Source of the DNA: an uncultured Bacteroidota bacterium
GTDB taxonomy: Bacteria > Bacteroidota > Bacteroidia > Bacteroidales > DTGW01
Reading direction: 5' to 3'
Assembly (NCBI GenBank): GCA_963851385.1
Contig: CAWKPE010000013.1
Coordinates: 233,753-297,752 of the forward strand
Length of the DNA: 64,000 bases
Part shown: positions 1-9,473 of the stretch, in pieces
How the letters are laid out: every line of letters begins with the position of its first letter
How positions within the stretch are numbered: position 1 is the first letter of the stretch
Notes under the pieces: model-generated
Database searches by the model: none
The model's input: the letters and a program-made list of their open reading frames with translations, nothing else
Told to the model about the DNA's origin: nothing
Program-made: the position numbers and the translations under genes

Positions 1-657
1 GAAAAAACAAATAAAATAATTATTTGTGGCCGTCGCGAAAATAAACTCATTGAAGCAAAAAAGAAATTTCCAAACATTCATATTAAAGTATGTGATCTTC
101 AATATCGGTATCAAAGAATTGAATTTGTTGAATGGATAAAACACGATCACAAGGACTTAAATGTTTTAATAAATAATGCAGGTATTCAAAAAGAATTAAA
201 TCTTTTGAAAATTAATGACTTTACTGAACTTACCCAGGAAACAGAAATTAATTTAATTGCACCTGTTCATTTAAGCACATTGTTGATTTCCCACTTATCG
301 GCCAAACCGGATGCCGCAATAATAAACATTACTTCGGGTTTGGCATTTACTCCTATCGCTTTTATGCCATTGTATTGTGCTACTAAGGCAGCAATGCATT
401 CATTTTCGCTTTCTTTAAGACATCAATTGATAAAAACGAATGTAAAAGTTTTTGAAATTATACCGCCGACTGTAGATACTGAACTGGATCAGGGCAGACG
501 TGAAGAGCGACAGCAAAGAGACAAGGGGATTAGTCCCGGTGAATTTGCTATTCAGGCCGTAGAAGCTTTAAAAAACGATAATTACGAAGCTGCTATTGGT
601 TTTGCCGGTAATTTGAGATTAAAACGTGAAGAAATGTTCAATAATTTAAATCATTAA
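1..657 (+). CDS. Short-chain dehydrogenase/reductase (SDR), 5' end outside window
   Basis: Frame 1 is open from base 1 (..IIICGRRENKLIEAKKKF..). NNAG motif (VLINNAGI, ~nt 160-185) and catalytic YxxxK (YCATK). The listed 205..657 ORF only starts at an internal TTG. Confidence 0.8.
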   Translation, partial: EKTNKIIICGRRENKLIEAKKKFPNIHIKVCDLQYRYQRIEFVEWIKHDHKDLNVLINNAGIQKELNLLKINDFTELTQETEINLIAPVHLSTLLISHLSAKPDAAIINITSGLAFTPIAFMPLYCATKAAMHSFSLSLRHQLIKTNVKVFEIIPPTVDTELDQGRREERQQRDKGISPGEFAIQAVEALKNDNYEAAIGFAGNLRLKREEMFNNLNH

Positions 658-715
658 GCATAATTTTCTTTTAAGTAATATTTCTTTTTATTCTGCCAAA
701 TACTATTGAGATCAT

Positions 716-757
716 TCGGTATCAGGTATCTTATATCCAGCATCCAGCACATTATCC
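716..757. repeat. 7-bp-period drifting tandem array (tcggtat/caggtat/cttatat/ccagcat/ccagcac/attatcc)
   Basis: Read directly. Lies ~60 nt after the SDR stop codon. Confidence 0.6.
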
Positions 758-911
758 ATTTATGCCAACCCTTATTTAAAAAAATATTTATTTTTCAGGC
801 AAAAGATTTTTTTACCCGAAAAATCATAAATGTTTTCTATAAACTTCTTTAAAAATTCATCAAAATCGAGTAACTTTAATAATAGAGTAATAACCTTTAA
901 ACATAAAAACT

Positions 912-1154
912 ATGGATATATCAGAAATCCCTGACAGAGTTTGGAAAAACATCTTGAAGGAGGAAGCAAACCATGATTTTGAATCATTAAGCTTAAAAAT
1001 CTTGCTGGCAAGATTAAGAATGAAGTTGAGATTAAACCCAAATGAATTGGATGAAAGTATTGCTGATATTAAACAATTATTCAATTCCCAGGGAAACTTA
1101 CCTAGCTTACAGCGCGATATTCAGAAAATAAAAGTCAAAGGAGGTATACTATGA
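912..1154 (+). CDS. Small hypothetical protein (80 aa)
   Basis: ATG ORF whose stop overlaps the next start (ATGA at 1151-1154), suggesting translational coupling. No family recognised. Confidence 0.45.
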   Translation: MDISEIPDRVWKNILKEEANHDFESLSLKILLARLRMKLRLNPNELDESIADIKQLFNSQGNLPSLQRDIQKIKVKGGIL

Positions 1155-2140
1155 AAAAAGTAATGTTTACGAAAGATGAAGTGAGTACTTTAATTAATAA
1201 TGGAAAAAAATTATTAATAGCAACTGATGAAGAATTATTGAAGCAATTACCAAAGGGTAACTGGATTGCTGGTTCAATACCTTATTTTTTAGGAGAGGAA
1301 GGAGGTATAACAACCCGTGATAAAATTTTCGTTAATGAATTACCGGAAGACATTGAAAAAATTGAAATAAAGGAATATACTTCAGAAACTATTGACCAGA
1401 TATATATAGATGCACCTAAAAACGGGTTTACAGCATTGATAATACCTGCTTTAAGCCCGGTGCATTTATCGTTTGCATTAAAAGCACCCAATTACAAAAA
1501 TTTTGCAATGAGTCCTTTGATTGGCTGGATATCGGGCGTTATGCTGGAAGATTTGGGCAAAGTAACACCCAAAATAGCGATTGGAAACAGTTTGAAAATT
1601 TCTGATTCTACTGCTGTTGCAATGCATGTTTACTTGCCGCAAAACAGATATGCCGAGATAGAGATAGTAAATATTTTTAAGCAAAAAGAAGGGGATGTGA
1701 TTTCTTTTATGGATGATGGTTTTAGTGTTACCGATGCTTACATAAATGGCAAAAGAATAAATTTTGCTGAATACGTGATCAATAATAAAATTGACACCAG
1801 GCTGCCATTGATTGCAGATTATTATGGAGCTCTTATAAATATTAGTTTTCAGAATGTTGATAAAGAGAAGAAAAAGGTCGATTTTTATGCACCTGTATTT
1901 AAAGGGATACAATATAAACTTGCTTCTCCGGTCAGCGACTATGTTAAATCATTTACTTCCCAAATCAAAGGACTTCATACCGATTCAATAGTTTTCTCAT
2001 GCAATTGTATATTGAATTATTTGTACAGTGAGCTGGAAGGTAAGAAAACAGCTGAAATAACCGGCCCGATTACTTTTGGAGAAATTGCCTATCAGTTATT
2101 AAACCAAACGATGACGTATTTGAAAATAGGGAATTATTAA
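1151..2140 (+). CDS. Hypothetical protein, possibly FIST-like sensory domain
   Basis: 329-aa ORF. The C-terminal ..IVFSCNCILNYLYSELEGKK..ITGPITFGEIAYQLLNQTMTYL resembles my memory of the FIST_C signature (fsC..R...G.f..GEI....hNqT). Strong SD AAGGAGG at 1138-1144. Confidence 0.55.
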   Translation: MKKVMFTKDEVSTLINNGKKLLIATDEELLKQLPKGNWIAGSIPYFLGEEGGITTRDKIFVNELPEDIEKIEIKEYTSETIDQIYIDAPKNGFTALIIPALSPVHLSFALKAPNYKNFAMSPLIGWISGVMLEDLGKVTPKIAIGNSLKISDSTAVAMHVYLPQNRYAEIEIVNIFKQKEGDVISFMDDGFSVTDAYINGKRINFAEYVINNKIDTRLPLIADYYGALINISFQNVDKEKKKVDFYAPVFKGIQYKLASPVSDYVKSFTSQIKGLHTDSIVFSCNCILNYLYSELEGKKTAEITGPITFGEIAYQLLNQTMTYLKIGNY

Positions 2141-2283
2141 AATAATGTTGAGTTTTGGCCATAAACCTCTTTGCGGATCAGTCATAAATTGATAGGGAGT
2201 CTGTTTGAGGCTGTCCGCTTAGAGGTTTAAAAAAGTGTACAGTTGCCATTAAAAAAATAATTTTTGAAATAATAAATAAAACC

Positions 2284-2844
2284 ATGTCAGCAAGTGCTCT
2301 TTCAACTGAACAAATAAAAGAAAATATCCGAGAGTTGATAGTTGCTGCTGAGTTTTGCGTCAATTACAGAAAAAAATCAGAAGCTTGGAACGATTGTAAA
2401 ACTGAAATTAATTTAGGGTTTCCGGGAGCGATTTCATTGCTAATGATTATTGATATTATGGGTTGCCATTACAGGGACAAAAAGAATTTTAAAATAATAA
2501 TTGATGGAAAAGAAAAATACATCAATGGTGATAGCTACAAACACTTTTATATCCTAAACAGTAAATTATTTGATCAAAATCTGACTGAAGATTATATTCA
2601 TAAAATTCATCTTAAATTCAAATCATATTTATTAAATGATCCGATAATTGGAAAAGATTCTATGATTATCGCTGGAGATGATCACGAAAGGGGAGCGTTC
2701 ATGGTTGGAAGTAAGAATTTAAAAAAGGAAATTTATGTAATTTCCTTAATGCAGTTATTAGCTTTGGTTAAACACGCCATTGAAATATTTCTGGCAGAAA
2801 TTGAGAATACTCCTGTGGCAATAAGACAAGTAAAGAAAGTGTGA
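2284..2844 (+). CDS. Hypothetical protein (186 aa)
   Basis: ATG ORF with no competing frame. No motif recognised. Confidence 0.5.
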   Translation: MSASALSTEQIKENIRELIVAAEFCVNYRKKSEAWNDCKTEINLGFPGAISLLMIIDIMGCHYRDKKNFKIIIDGKEKYINGDSYKHFYILNSKLFDQNLTEDYIHKIHLKFKSYLLNDPIIGKDSMIIAGDDHERGAFMVGSKNLKKEIYVISLMQLLALVKHAIEIFLAEIENTPVAIRQVKKV

Positions 2845-2975
2845 CAAGTATTATTATTTTTTCACATCAATCAAGTACTTGTAAATACTGTACAAAAAAA
2901 ATACACTATTTTGCTGTTTGCAACTAGATAAATAGCAATCTTTTTTGATACTTCGACAACACCACCGAGGATTGT

Positions 2976-4763
2976 TCATTTTAAATTAAAAAGCGGGCTT
3001 TTAACAACAGGCCTATCGCTTGAAAGTGGTTTGGTCTGATGTTCAAATTCTACTTCTTTTATTAAAATTCCATCGGGAATGATAAATGAAACCGGTGGTC
3101 CATTAGGAATGGCTTCCTGATTGTCAATAACCGAGCTACTTTCTTCAGAACCAGATGCTTCATTCATAAAAGTATTGTATATCAATGAACCCGAAGAAAC
3201 TCCTATTATTTTTTTAAGAGAAGTTATGTTTAATGATTTCATAGAAGCATCCCGAAGCAAAGTTTCTTTACCATCTTTTACTGAAACCTTGTAAATATTT
3301 AATGGCATATAGAAGTTCCCCTGTTTAACCGGTTTGATCATGATTGCATAGTCAAGATCTTCTTCCTTGGCAGCTTTTATAAGCTGTTCTTTAAGCTTGT
3401 CTATTGTTATTCCATCAGTTGCTGAGATATAAATAACTCCTGGTCCAAGATCATGAGTTATACTTCCATATTTGGTTACCGAATATCGGTTATGACCATT
3501 CGATTCTTTAATATTCCTTGTAGGAGTTCGTCCATTGTACAAGCTTTTTAAAATGCCATTTTCAATCAGCACTAGTGTATCAGGAGGTACCACTCCTTCT
3601 CCATCAGCATCATAACTTCCAATAAGATTAACTCCTTTATATGTTTTTAACCTGGACATATCTTTAACGGTAATATCTTTTGCAATTACAGGTTTATCTA
3701 ATTTTGCTTCAACCGCATTTACGTTTTGGCCATAGTACATTGACATTTGAGAACTGTTATATAGAGGCTCTCTGTATGCAATAAGATTGTCTGTTCCGGT
3801 AAAAAATCCTTGAGAAAATGCATCAGCCACAGCCTGACCCAGGAATAGAACCGGTCCTGAATAATTTTCGTCCAAAATTGGAGCTTTGCCTCTTTCCAAC
3901 AGATTTTCAGCTAAAGACCTGGCATCAGTCTTCATGTTTTCAATTTTTGGTAAATCACCCTGGCTAACACCACAATATCTGACCTGATCTGTAACATTAT
4001 CACCGTCATCAGCCTGGCTCAATGCTGAAATTAAAATATAAACCACATCTATTGGAGTTTTTATCTGGCAATCTTCACTGCTATAAAAATAAATATTAGC
4101 GTGTAATTGAAAAGCAGCTACTTCAGAATAAAAAATGTCAGGATAATCCTTAAATACTGACGAAACCTCTTTGACCAAAGACTGAAGATATTCTTTGTTC
4201 CAAACATATTTATTATCCTTGATGCTCATTTTAACAACTGGAACAGTGCAGAAATCTGGAATTTGAAGATCTTTTTTACTCAGGTTTTTGTCATTTAAAG
4301 AAGCAAGTTTGTTCTTATAATTTTCTGCTGCAGATTTATAAGTATTGTTAGTCATCATCCACAATGCACGCCTGATGCCATAATAATCATTATCAAGAGG
4401 CAGTTCTAGATCCCCATCGCGCGGCGGTTTTGTTCGCGTTGCATCAGTAAAATTCTCATCATTTAACTGATAGTCTCCAACCATTACACGGTTGCTCCAG
4501 CTGCGAAAATTTCTTTCCGAAGCATTGCTTAATGCACCCAAAGAAGCTGTAGTAAAAAAAGTTTTTACGTCCTCAATAGAATAACTTATGTAAAAAGGCG
4601 CCTGGCAATCATTACAAATCAGTTTTTTCATACTTCTATCCAGCTCATCTTTCATTGCCCTGAACATAATTGTTTCAGTGCTATCCTGAGAAAAGGATAG
4701 CTGTGATGAACAAAGCAGAATTCCAGTAATTACTTTTATAATATTTTTTTTAGTGAAGAACAT
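2976..4763 (-). CDS. TldD/PmbA-family protein, secreted, lacks HExxxH (non-catalytic partner type)
   Basis: N-terminal signal peptide (MFFTKKNIIKVITGILLCSSQLSFSQ). C-terminal ..ESNGHNRYSV..GPGVIYISA.. parallels the TldD-like neighbour. Adjacent on the same strand to the catalytic paralog. Confidence 0.7.
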   Translation of the reverse strand: MFFTKKNIIKVITGILLCSSQLSFSQDSTETIMFRAMKDELDRSMKKLICNDCQAPFYISYSIEDVKTFFTTASLGALSNASERNFRSWSNRVMVGDYQLNDENFTDATRTKPPRDGDLELPLDNDYYGIRRALWMMTNNTYKSAAENYKNKLASLNDKNLSKKDLQIPDFCTVPVVKMSIKDNKYVWNKEYLQSLVKEVSSVFKDYPDIFYSEVAAFQLHANIYFYSSEDCQIKTPIDVVYILISALSQADDGDNVTDQVRYCGVSQGDLPKIENMKTDARSLAENLLERGKAPILDENYSGPVLFLGQAVADAFSQGFFTGTDNLIAYREPLYNSSQMSMYYGQNVNAVEAKLDKPVIAKDITVKDMSRLKTYKGVNLIGSYDADGEGVVPPDTLVLIENGILKSLYNGRTPTRNIKESNGHNRYSVTKYGSITHDLGPGVIYISATDGITIDKLKEQLIKAAKEEDLDYAIMIKPVKQGNFYMPLNIYKVSVKDGKETLLRDASMKSLNITSLKKIIGVSSGSLIYNTFMNEASGSEESSSVIDNQEAIPNGPPVSFIIPDGILIKEVEFEHQTKPLSSDRPVVKSPLFNLK

Positions 4764-4800
4764 ATTTTATTTTATTATTTCATTTCTTAAATAAAGGTCT

Positions 4801-4826
4801 TTGGCATATTGGCATATTGACACATT
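4801..4826. repeat. 8-bp tandem array ttggcata x2 + ttgacaca
   Basis: Read directly between the two TldD/PmbA genes. Same word family as 17461, 35847 and 36221. Confidence 0.6.
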
Positions 4827-4828
4827 TT

Positions 4829-6523
4829 TTATTTTGTAATTTTTTCAATATCCGGCCTCGGTAATAAAGGCATTTGTCCATAGCTTTCAGGTTGTTTTTG
4901 TGTTTCGATTTTCGTGATGAAAAGTGAAGGTGAGACTGCTGTCACCGGTATGGTTCCTGATTCTGCCCCGCAATAGCCCGTAAACATTCCAATGCTATCG
5001 CCGGTAGCTTCAACATTCGAAAAAATAGTTAATGGAGTTCCTATAAAATTAACACCTCTTACAAGTTCATCGGGTCTTCCATCAACATATATTTTATAAA
5101 CAACCGTAGGTTTTACATTAAAAACGTTAGGTGTGTATCTGTTAGTAAGAGTGAAACCTCCTACAACCTGGTCAAAAAGAAATCCATAAGTTTTATTATT
5201 CTTCTTGCATTCTGCTATCAGCTTTTTTCTAAGTTCTTTATCAGTTGATGGTTTTCTCGTCTCAACTATAAGATTCGACTGCCTCGCAACTGGTGACATA
5301 CCTGCCTGGGAACGACCATGCCCATTTGAGTTTGGAAATCCGTCTATAGGACACCGGGACATCAAGAAGTTTTCTAATATACCATCTTTAACTATATTTA
5401 CCCGTTGTGCTTTAACACCCTGATCGTCGAATTTATAATATCCGAACATATCTTTTCCTTTAAATTGTGATTGTAATGGATCTGATATAATATCAACATA
5501 TTTTGGCAATACATGAGTGCCAATTTTCGACTTAAATGTTTGACTGTCGAAATCGCTTTTTAGTCTGTGTCCTTCTATACGGTGTCCAAAAATCTCATGG
5601 AAAAATACTGCCGCAGCACTTGGTGAAAGTATTGCAGGGCCCGAATATGCATCAGCCTCCGGAGCAGTTCTTAACTGCTTCAACTGTATCATCATTGCTT
5701 TAATATCAGTTACAATTTGTGCATCGGGAGTCAGCTTTTCAGGCGTGAAGGCATAATATGAACGGAAAAGCGGCAGAACGCTGCCATTATCAGCTTTAAT
5801 TATTGCAAGAATTTGAAGCTGGCAATAGCTTGAATTTTGAACAATCTTACTTCCTTCTGTTGAAACAAAATACTTCCTGTCAGTAATAAATGAAAGAATT
5901 GCATCTGCTGAAATTATTTTGTCGTCTTCGAGAAATGGCTCGGAATATTTCTTTAATCTTTTTATCCAGGCTTCACTATCATTAAAAGAATTATTTACCG
6001 GCGCTTCATAATAAACTTCTGGTTTCTCAATCGAAAAATCAGTAGTCTTTTTTTGCAAAGTTTCATCTTTCAAACTGCTTTGTACCTGGTTAAATGCATC
6101 AACAGCATTGCGATATGCATAATGTGTAGCTTGCCATAATGATTGTTTTATAGCAATTGGAACATTTTCAAATGGCAATTTAATAGCAAAAGGCTGAGCT
6201 AAACCACCAATTCCATATGTTCCATTAATCTCATGAGTATTATCAAAATCATAATTGCCGACTCTTACTGTTGCAGTAAGAATACGTCCATTATCTTCAT
6301 TTTTGCTGACCAGACTGCCAAATGAGGTACTTATTGTAGTACTTTTTATATCGTCAACGCGATATTCAATATAATATGGAGCTATGGTCTGCGTTTTCAA
6401 TGTTTCCATCTCCCTGTTAATCTCATCCGATAAAATATTAGTCAGAGTATCTTGCGCATTTACGTTAACAGACATTAATACGACTCCTAAAATAATATTT
6501 ACTAAAATTTTCAACTTAATCAT
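4829..6523 (-). CDS. TldD-like zinc metallopeptidase, secreted
   Basis: Signal peptide. HEIFGHRIEGHR (HExxxH-type TldD motif). ..NSNGHGRSQ..ARQSNLIVE.. matches the TldD/PmbA C-terminal core. Confidence 0.8.
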   Translation of the reverse strand: MIKLKILVNIILGVVLMSVNVNAQDTLTNILSDEINREMETLKTQTIAPYYIEYRVDDIKSTTISTSFGSLVSKNEDNGRILTATVRVGNYDFDNTHEINGTYGIGGLAQPFAIKLPFENVPIAIKQSLWQATHYAYRNAVDAFNQVQSSLKDETLQKKTTDFSIEKPEVYYEAPVNNSFNDSEAWIKRLKKYSEPFLEDDKIISADAILSFITDRKYFVSTEGSKIVQNSSYCQLQILAIIKADNGSVLPLFRSYYAFTPEKLTPDAQIVTDIKAMMIQLKQLRTAPEADAYSGPAILSPSAAAVFFHEIFGHRIEGHRLKSDFDSQTFKSKIGTHVLPKYVDIISDPLQSQFKGKDMFGYYKFDDQGVKAQRVNIVKDGILENFLMSRCPIDGFPNSNGHGRSQAGMSPVARQSNLIVETRKPSTDKELRKKLIAECKKNNKTYGFLFDQVVGGFTLTNRYTPNVFNVKPTVVYKIYVDGRPDELVRGVNFIGTPLTIFSNVEATGDSIGMFTGYCGAESGTIPVTAVSPSLFITKIETQKQPESYGQMPLLPRPDIEKITK

Positions 6524-6813
6524 TTTATTTTTCGAAATAAAAAATTTAAATACTCCAAAATAATGCCAAACCTTTTTTTAAAAGTTTCAAAAGTAATAAA
6601 AAATTTATAGCTCATTTTTTAATTAAAATTCTTGAATATTTATTGAATGAACGAATTATTATCTGTTACATTATGTTTTCCTTATTATTATTAATAACAA
6701 ATTCAACAATTCATTTAGTTTAAATTTAAACTTAATTAACAATTACTGTTCTATTTTGATGTTGAAATTAAGTATTTCCTGATTATGGATACTTGATTCC
6801 AGATTTTTTTAAC

Positions 6814-8973
6814 TTATTTGCCGTCTTTAGCTACCGGTTCTTGATCCAGCGTATCTTTTAATGACAATTGGATTCGTTTTCTTGCAACGTCAACTTCAAT
6901 TACTTTTACTTTTAGATGTTGATTCAACTTCACTACTTCAGTGGGATCAGATACAAAGCGGTTTGCCAATTGACTTACATGCACCAACCCATCCTGGTGA
7001 ACTCCAATATCAACAAAACATCCAAACCGGGTAATATTAGTGACTATACCGGGTAAAATCATCCCGGGTTTTAAATCTTCCATTTTATGCACATTTGGGT
7101 CAAATTCAAATACCTTAATAATTGTTCGTGGATCGCGACCGGGCTTGGCAAGTTCCTCTATTATATCCTGCAAAGTAGGTAAACCTATTGTACCGGAAAT
7201 ATATTTTTTAATATCAATTTTAGAACGAATTTCAGGTTCTTTGAGTATTACTTCGACATTTGACCCAAGATCATTAGCCATTTTTTCTACTACGTGATAG
7301 CTTTCCGGGTGAACTGCACTATTATCAAGTGGATTTAAAGCATCTGGTATGCGAAGAAATCCAGCACTCTGCTCAAATGCTTTATCACCCATTCTTGGTA
7401 CTTTCATTAATTCATGACGTGATTTAAAGGGTCCTTTCGCTGAACGAAAATCCACAATCTTTTGTGCAAGTGAAGGACCTAAACCAGAAACATAAGTCAG
7501 CAACTGCTTGCTTGCAGTATTCAGGTTTACACCAACCTTATTAACACAAAGTTCAACTTCCTGGTCAAGGGTAAGTTTAAGTTTATTTTGATCAACATCA
7601 TACTGATATTGGCCAACACCTATAGACTTTGGATCAATTTTAACCAGTTCAGCCAGTGGATCCATTAAACGACGGCCAATAGATACAGCGCCCCGGACAG
7701 TTACATCATATTCAGGAAATTCTTCACGTGCTATCGAAGATGCCGAATAAACAGATGCACCGCTTTCATTGACAATGTAGACTCTAACATCGCGTTCAAA
7801 TCGAACTGTTTTTATAAAGCTTTCTGTCTCCCGACCTGCCGTACCATTGCCAATGGCAATAGCTTCGATTTTATAAGTATTTACCAGTTGGTTAATTTTG
7901 GCTGCAGATGAGCCTCTTTCGTTTTGAGGTGGATGCGGATAAATGGTTTCATTGTGCAGCAAATTACCCTGGGAATCTAGGCATACCAATTTACATCCGG
8001 TGCGAAATCCAGGATCAATAGCTAAAACATTTTTCTGTCCAAGTGGAGGAGCAAGCAATAGCTGATGGAGGTTTTCAGCAAAAACTTTGATAGCCTGATC
8101 ATCGGCTTTTTCTTTAAAGCTATTTTTAATTTCTGTTTCTATTGAAGGTCCAAGAAGTCTTTTGTAAGAATCAGATATAGCAATTTTGACATGTTCTGAA
8201 CATTCATTTTTTGCCTTGATAAAATATTCATGAAGAATTTGAATTGCTTTTTCTTCATCAGGTTCAACGGAAATCTTCAGAAAGCCTTCTTCTTCACCAC
8301 GGCGCATAGCCAGATATCTATGAGAAGGACAACGTTTCAGTGGTTCATTGAAATCATAATAATCTCCATATTTTATACCGTCCGGTTCTTTGCCTTTTAG
8401 AACTTTTGAATAAATTAAAGCCTCGTGATTAAAAATCCGGCGCATGGCATTCCTGGCATATTGATCCTCGTTTATCCATTCAGCAATAATATCGCGTGCT
8501 CCATGAAAAGCTTCATCTACCGTATCAACTTTCTCATTTATGAAAGCCTCAGCTTTTTGTTTCAAATTTAGTTCCTGCTGCTTCATGATCAGAGTTGCAA
8601 GCGGTTCAAGTCCCTTTTCTTTTGCCATGCCTGCACGTGTCTTCCGCTTGGGCTTATAAGGTAAATAGATATCTTCTAATTCTGATAATATATAAATTGA
8701 TTCCAGTTTTATCTTCAGTTCATCCGTCAATTTACCTTGCTCTTCTATTGAATTAATAATTGTTTCGCGGCGCTTATCAATTTCAATAAATTTGTTCCAT
8801 AAAGTTTTAATTTCAGCTACGGCAACTTCATCCAGGCTTCCTGTAAGTTCTTTCCGGTATCTGCTGATAAAAGGAATAGTAGCTCCATTTTCCAGCAACT
8901 CAATTGTATTAGCAACCTGATCTTCTTTAAGATTATTCTGTTTCGAAATTAATTCAACGTGTTTCTGAATCAT
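6814..8973 (-). CDS. tex: Tex transcription accessory protein (S1 RNA-binding domain)
   Basis: 719 aa. N-terminal ..GATIPFISRYRKELTGSLDE.., YqgF-like centre, C-terminal S1 domain (..GIVTNITRFGCFVDIGVHQDGLVHVSQL..). Confidence 0.9.
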   Translation of the reverse strand: MIQKHVELISKQNNLKEDQVANTIELLENGATIPFISRYRKELTGSLDEVAVAEIKTLWNKFIEIDKRRETIINSIEEQGKLTDELKIKLESIYILSELEDIYLPYKPKRKTRAGMAKEKGLEPLATLIMKQQELNLKQKAEAFINEKVDTVDEAFHGARDIIAEWINEDQYARNAMRRIFNHEALIYSKVLKGKEPDGIKYGDYYDFNEPLKRCPSHRYLAMRRGEEEGFLKISVEPDEEKAIQILHEYFIKAKNECSEHVKIAISDSYKRLLGPSIETEIKNSFKEKADDQAIKVFAENLHQLLLAPPLGQKNVLAIDPGFRTGCKLVCLDSQGNLLHNETIYPHPPQNERGSSAAKINQLVNTYKIEAIAIGNGTAGRETESFIKTVRFERDVRVYIVNESGASVYSASSIAREEFPEYDVTVRGAVSIGRRLMDPLAELVKIDPKSIGVGQYQYDVDQNKLKLTLDQEVELCVNKVGVNLNTASKQLLTYVSGLGPSLAQKIVDFRSAKGPFKSRHELMKVPRMGDKAFEQSAGFLRIPDALNPLDNSAVHPESYHVVEKMANDLGSNVEVILKEPEIRSKIDIKKYISGTIGLPTLQDIIEELAKPGRDPRTIIKVFEFDPNVHKMEDLKPGMILPGIVTNITRFGCFVDIGVHQDGLVHVSQLANRFVSDPTEVVKLNQHLKVKVIEVDVARKRIQLSLKDTLDQEPVAKDGK

Positions 8974-8982
8974 AATAATTGG
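8895..8982. repeat. Direct repeat copy A (tex start codon + first 26 codons + ~9 nt 5' flank)
   Basis: 88 nt aligning with 17282-17370: 4 substitutions and 1 single-base indel. This copy is contiguous with intact tex. Confidence 0.9.
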
Positions 8983-9420
8983 TCGTTAGCATATAAACAG
9001 GAAAGTATCAATTTAATGCCCAAAATTATAAAAAGATATTATGAATAAAGGCATATATACATATAGAATTTCTGAAAATGTCAGTTGCAAGGAGATATTG
9101 AGATGATACAATCTTTAATAAGAATACTTTGCTTTGCGAACAGGCATGATTGGGCTTTATTAAAAGGTAATTTGTAAATATTTATTAACAATTTTAAAAA
9201 TTTATTTTGCAAATTCAATTTAATTTTCAATTTTTGCAATTGACATATTAATTTCATTCCCAAGTATTTTAATTTTTTCAATAGTAATATACACCTGAAA
9301 GTATCTAATTGCGGGATTTTTAAAAATATTTTAAAAAAAGTTAAAATATTTTGGGAACATTTTGAAAAAATTGAATCTTATAAATAGGATAAAATTATTT
9401 CTAATAAATAAAATATTACA

Positions 9421-9453
9421 AGCGTAAGCCGAAAAGCTTTTGAAGAGTAGGCA
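9421..9453 (+). promoter_or_regulatory. Conserved leader/promoter-proximal motif, copy 1 (agcgtaagccgaaaagcttttgaagagtaggca)
   Basis: Near-identical to 59901-59930. Ends 20 nt before the ATG at 9474. Confidence 0.5.
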
Positions 9454-9473
9454 AAGTTCTAAATAAAACCTTT

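Noticed and set aside
1282-1912. Antisense ORFs 1282..1491 and 1478..1912. The same applies to 860..1084, 5205..5423, 7040..7297, 9935..10345, 17838..18089, 27524..27748, 32448..32717, 37783..38118, 39082..39678, 41259..41579, 45499..45916, 47297..48278, 49841..50038, 55839..56075, 61570..61905 and 62167..62373.
   Set aside because: Each is embedded opposite to, or out of frame within, a longer ORF with recognisable motifs. Their Phe/Ile/Leu/Ser-rich composition is what AT-rich antisense strands give.
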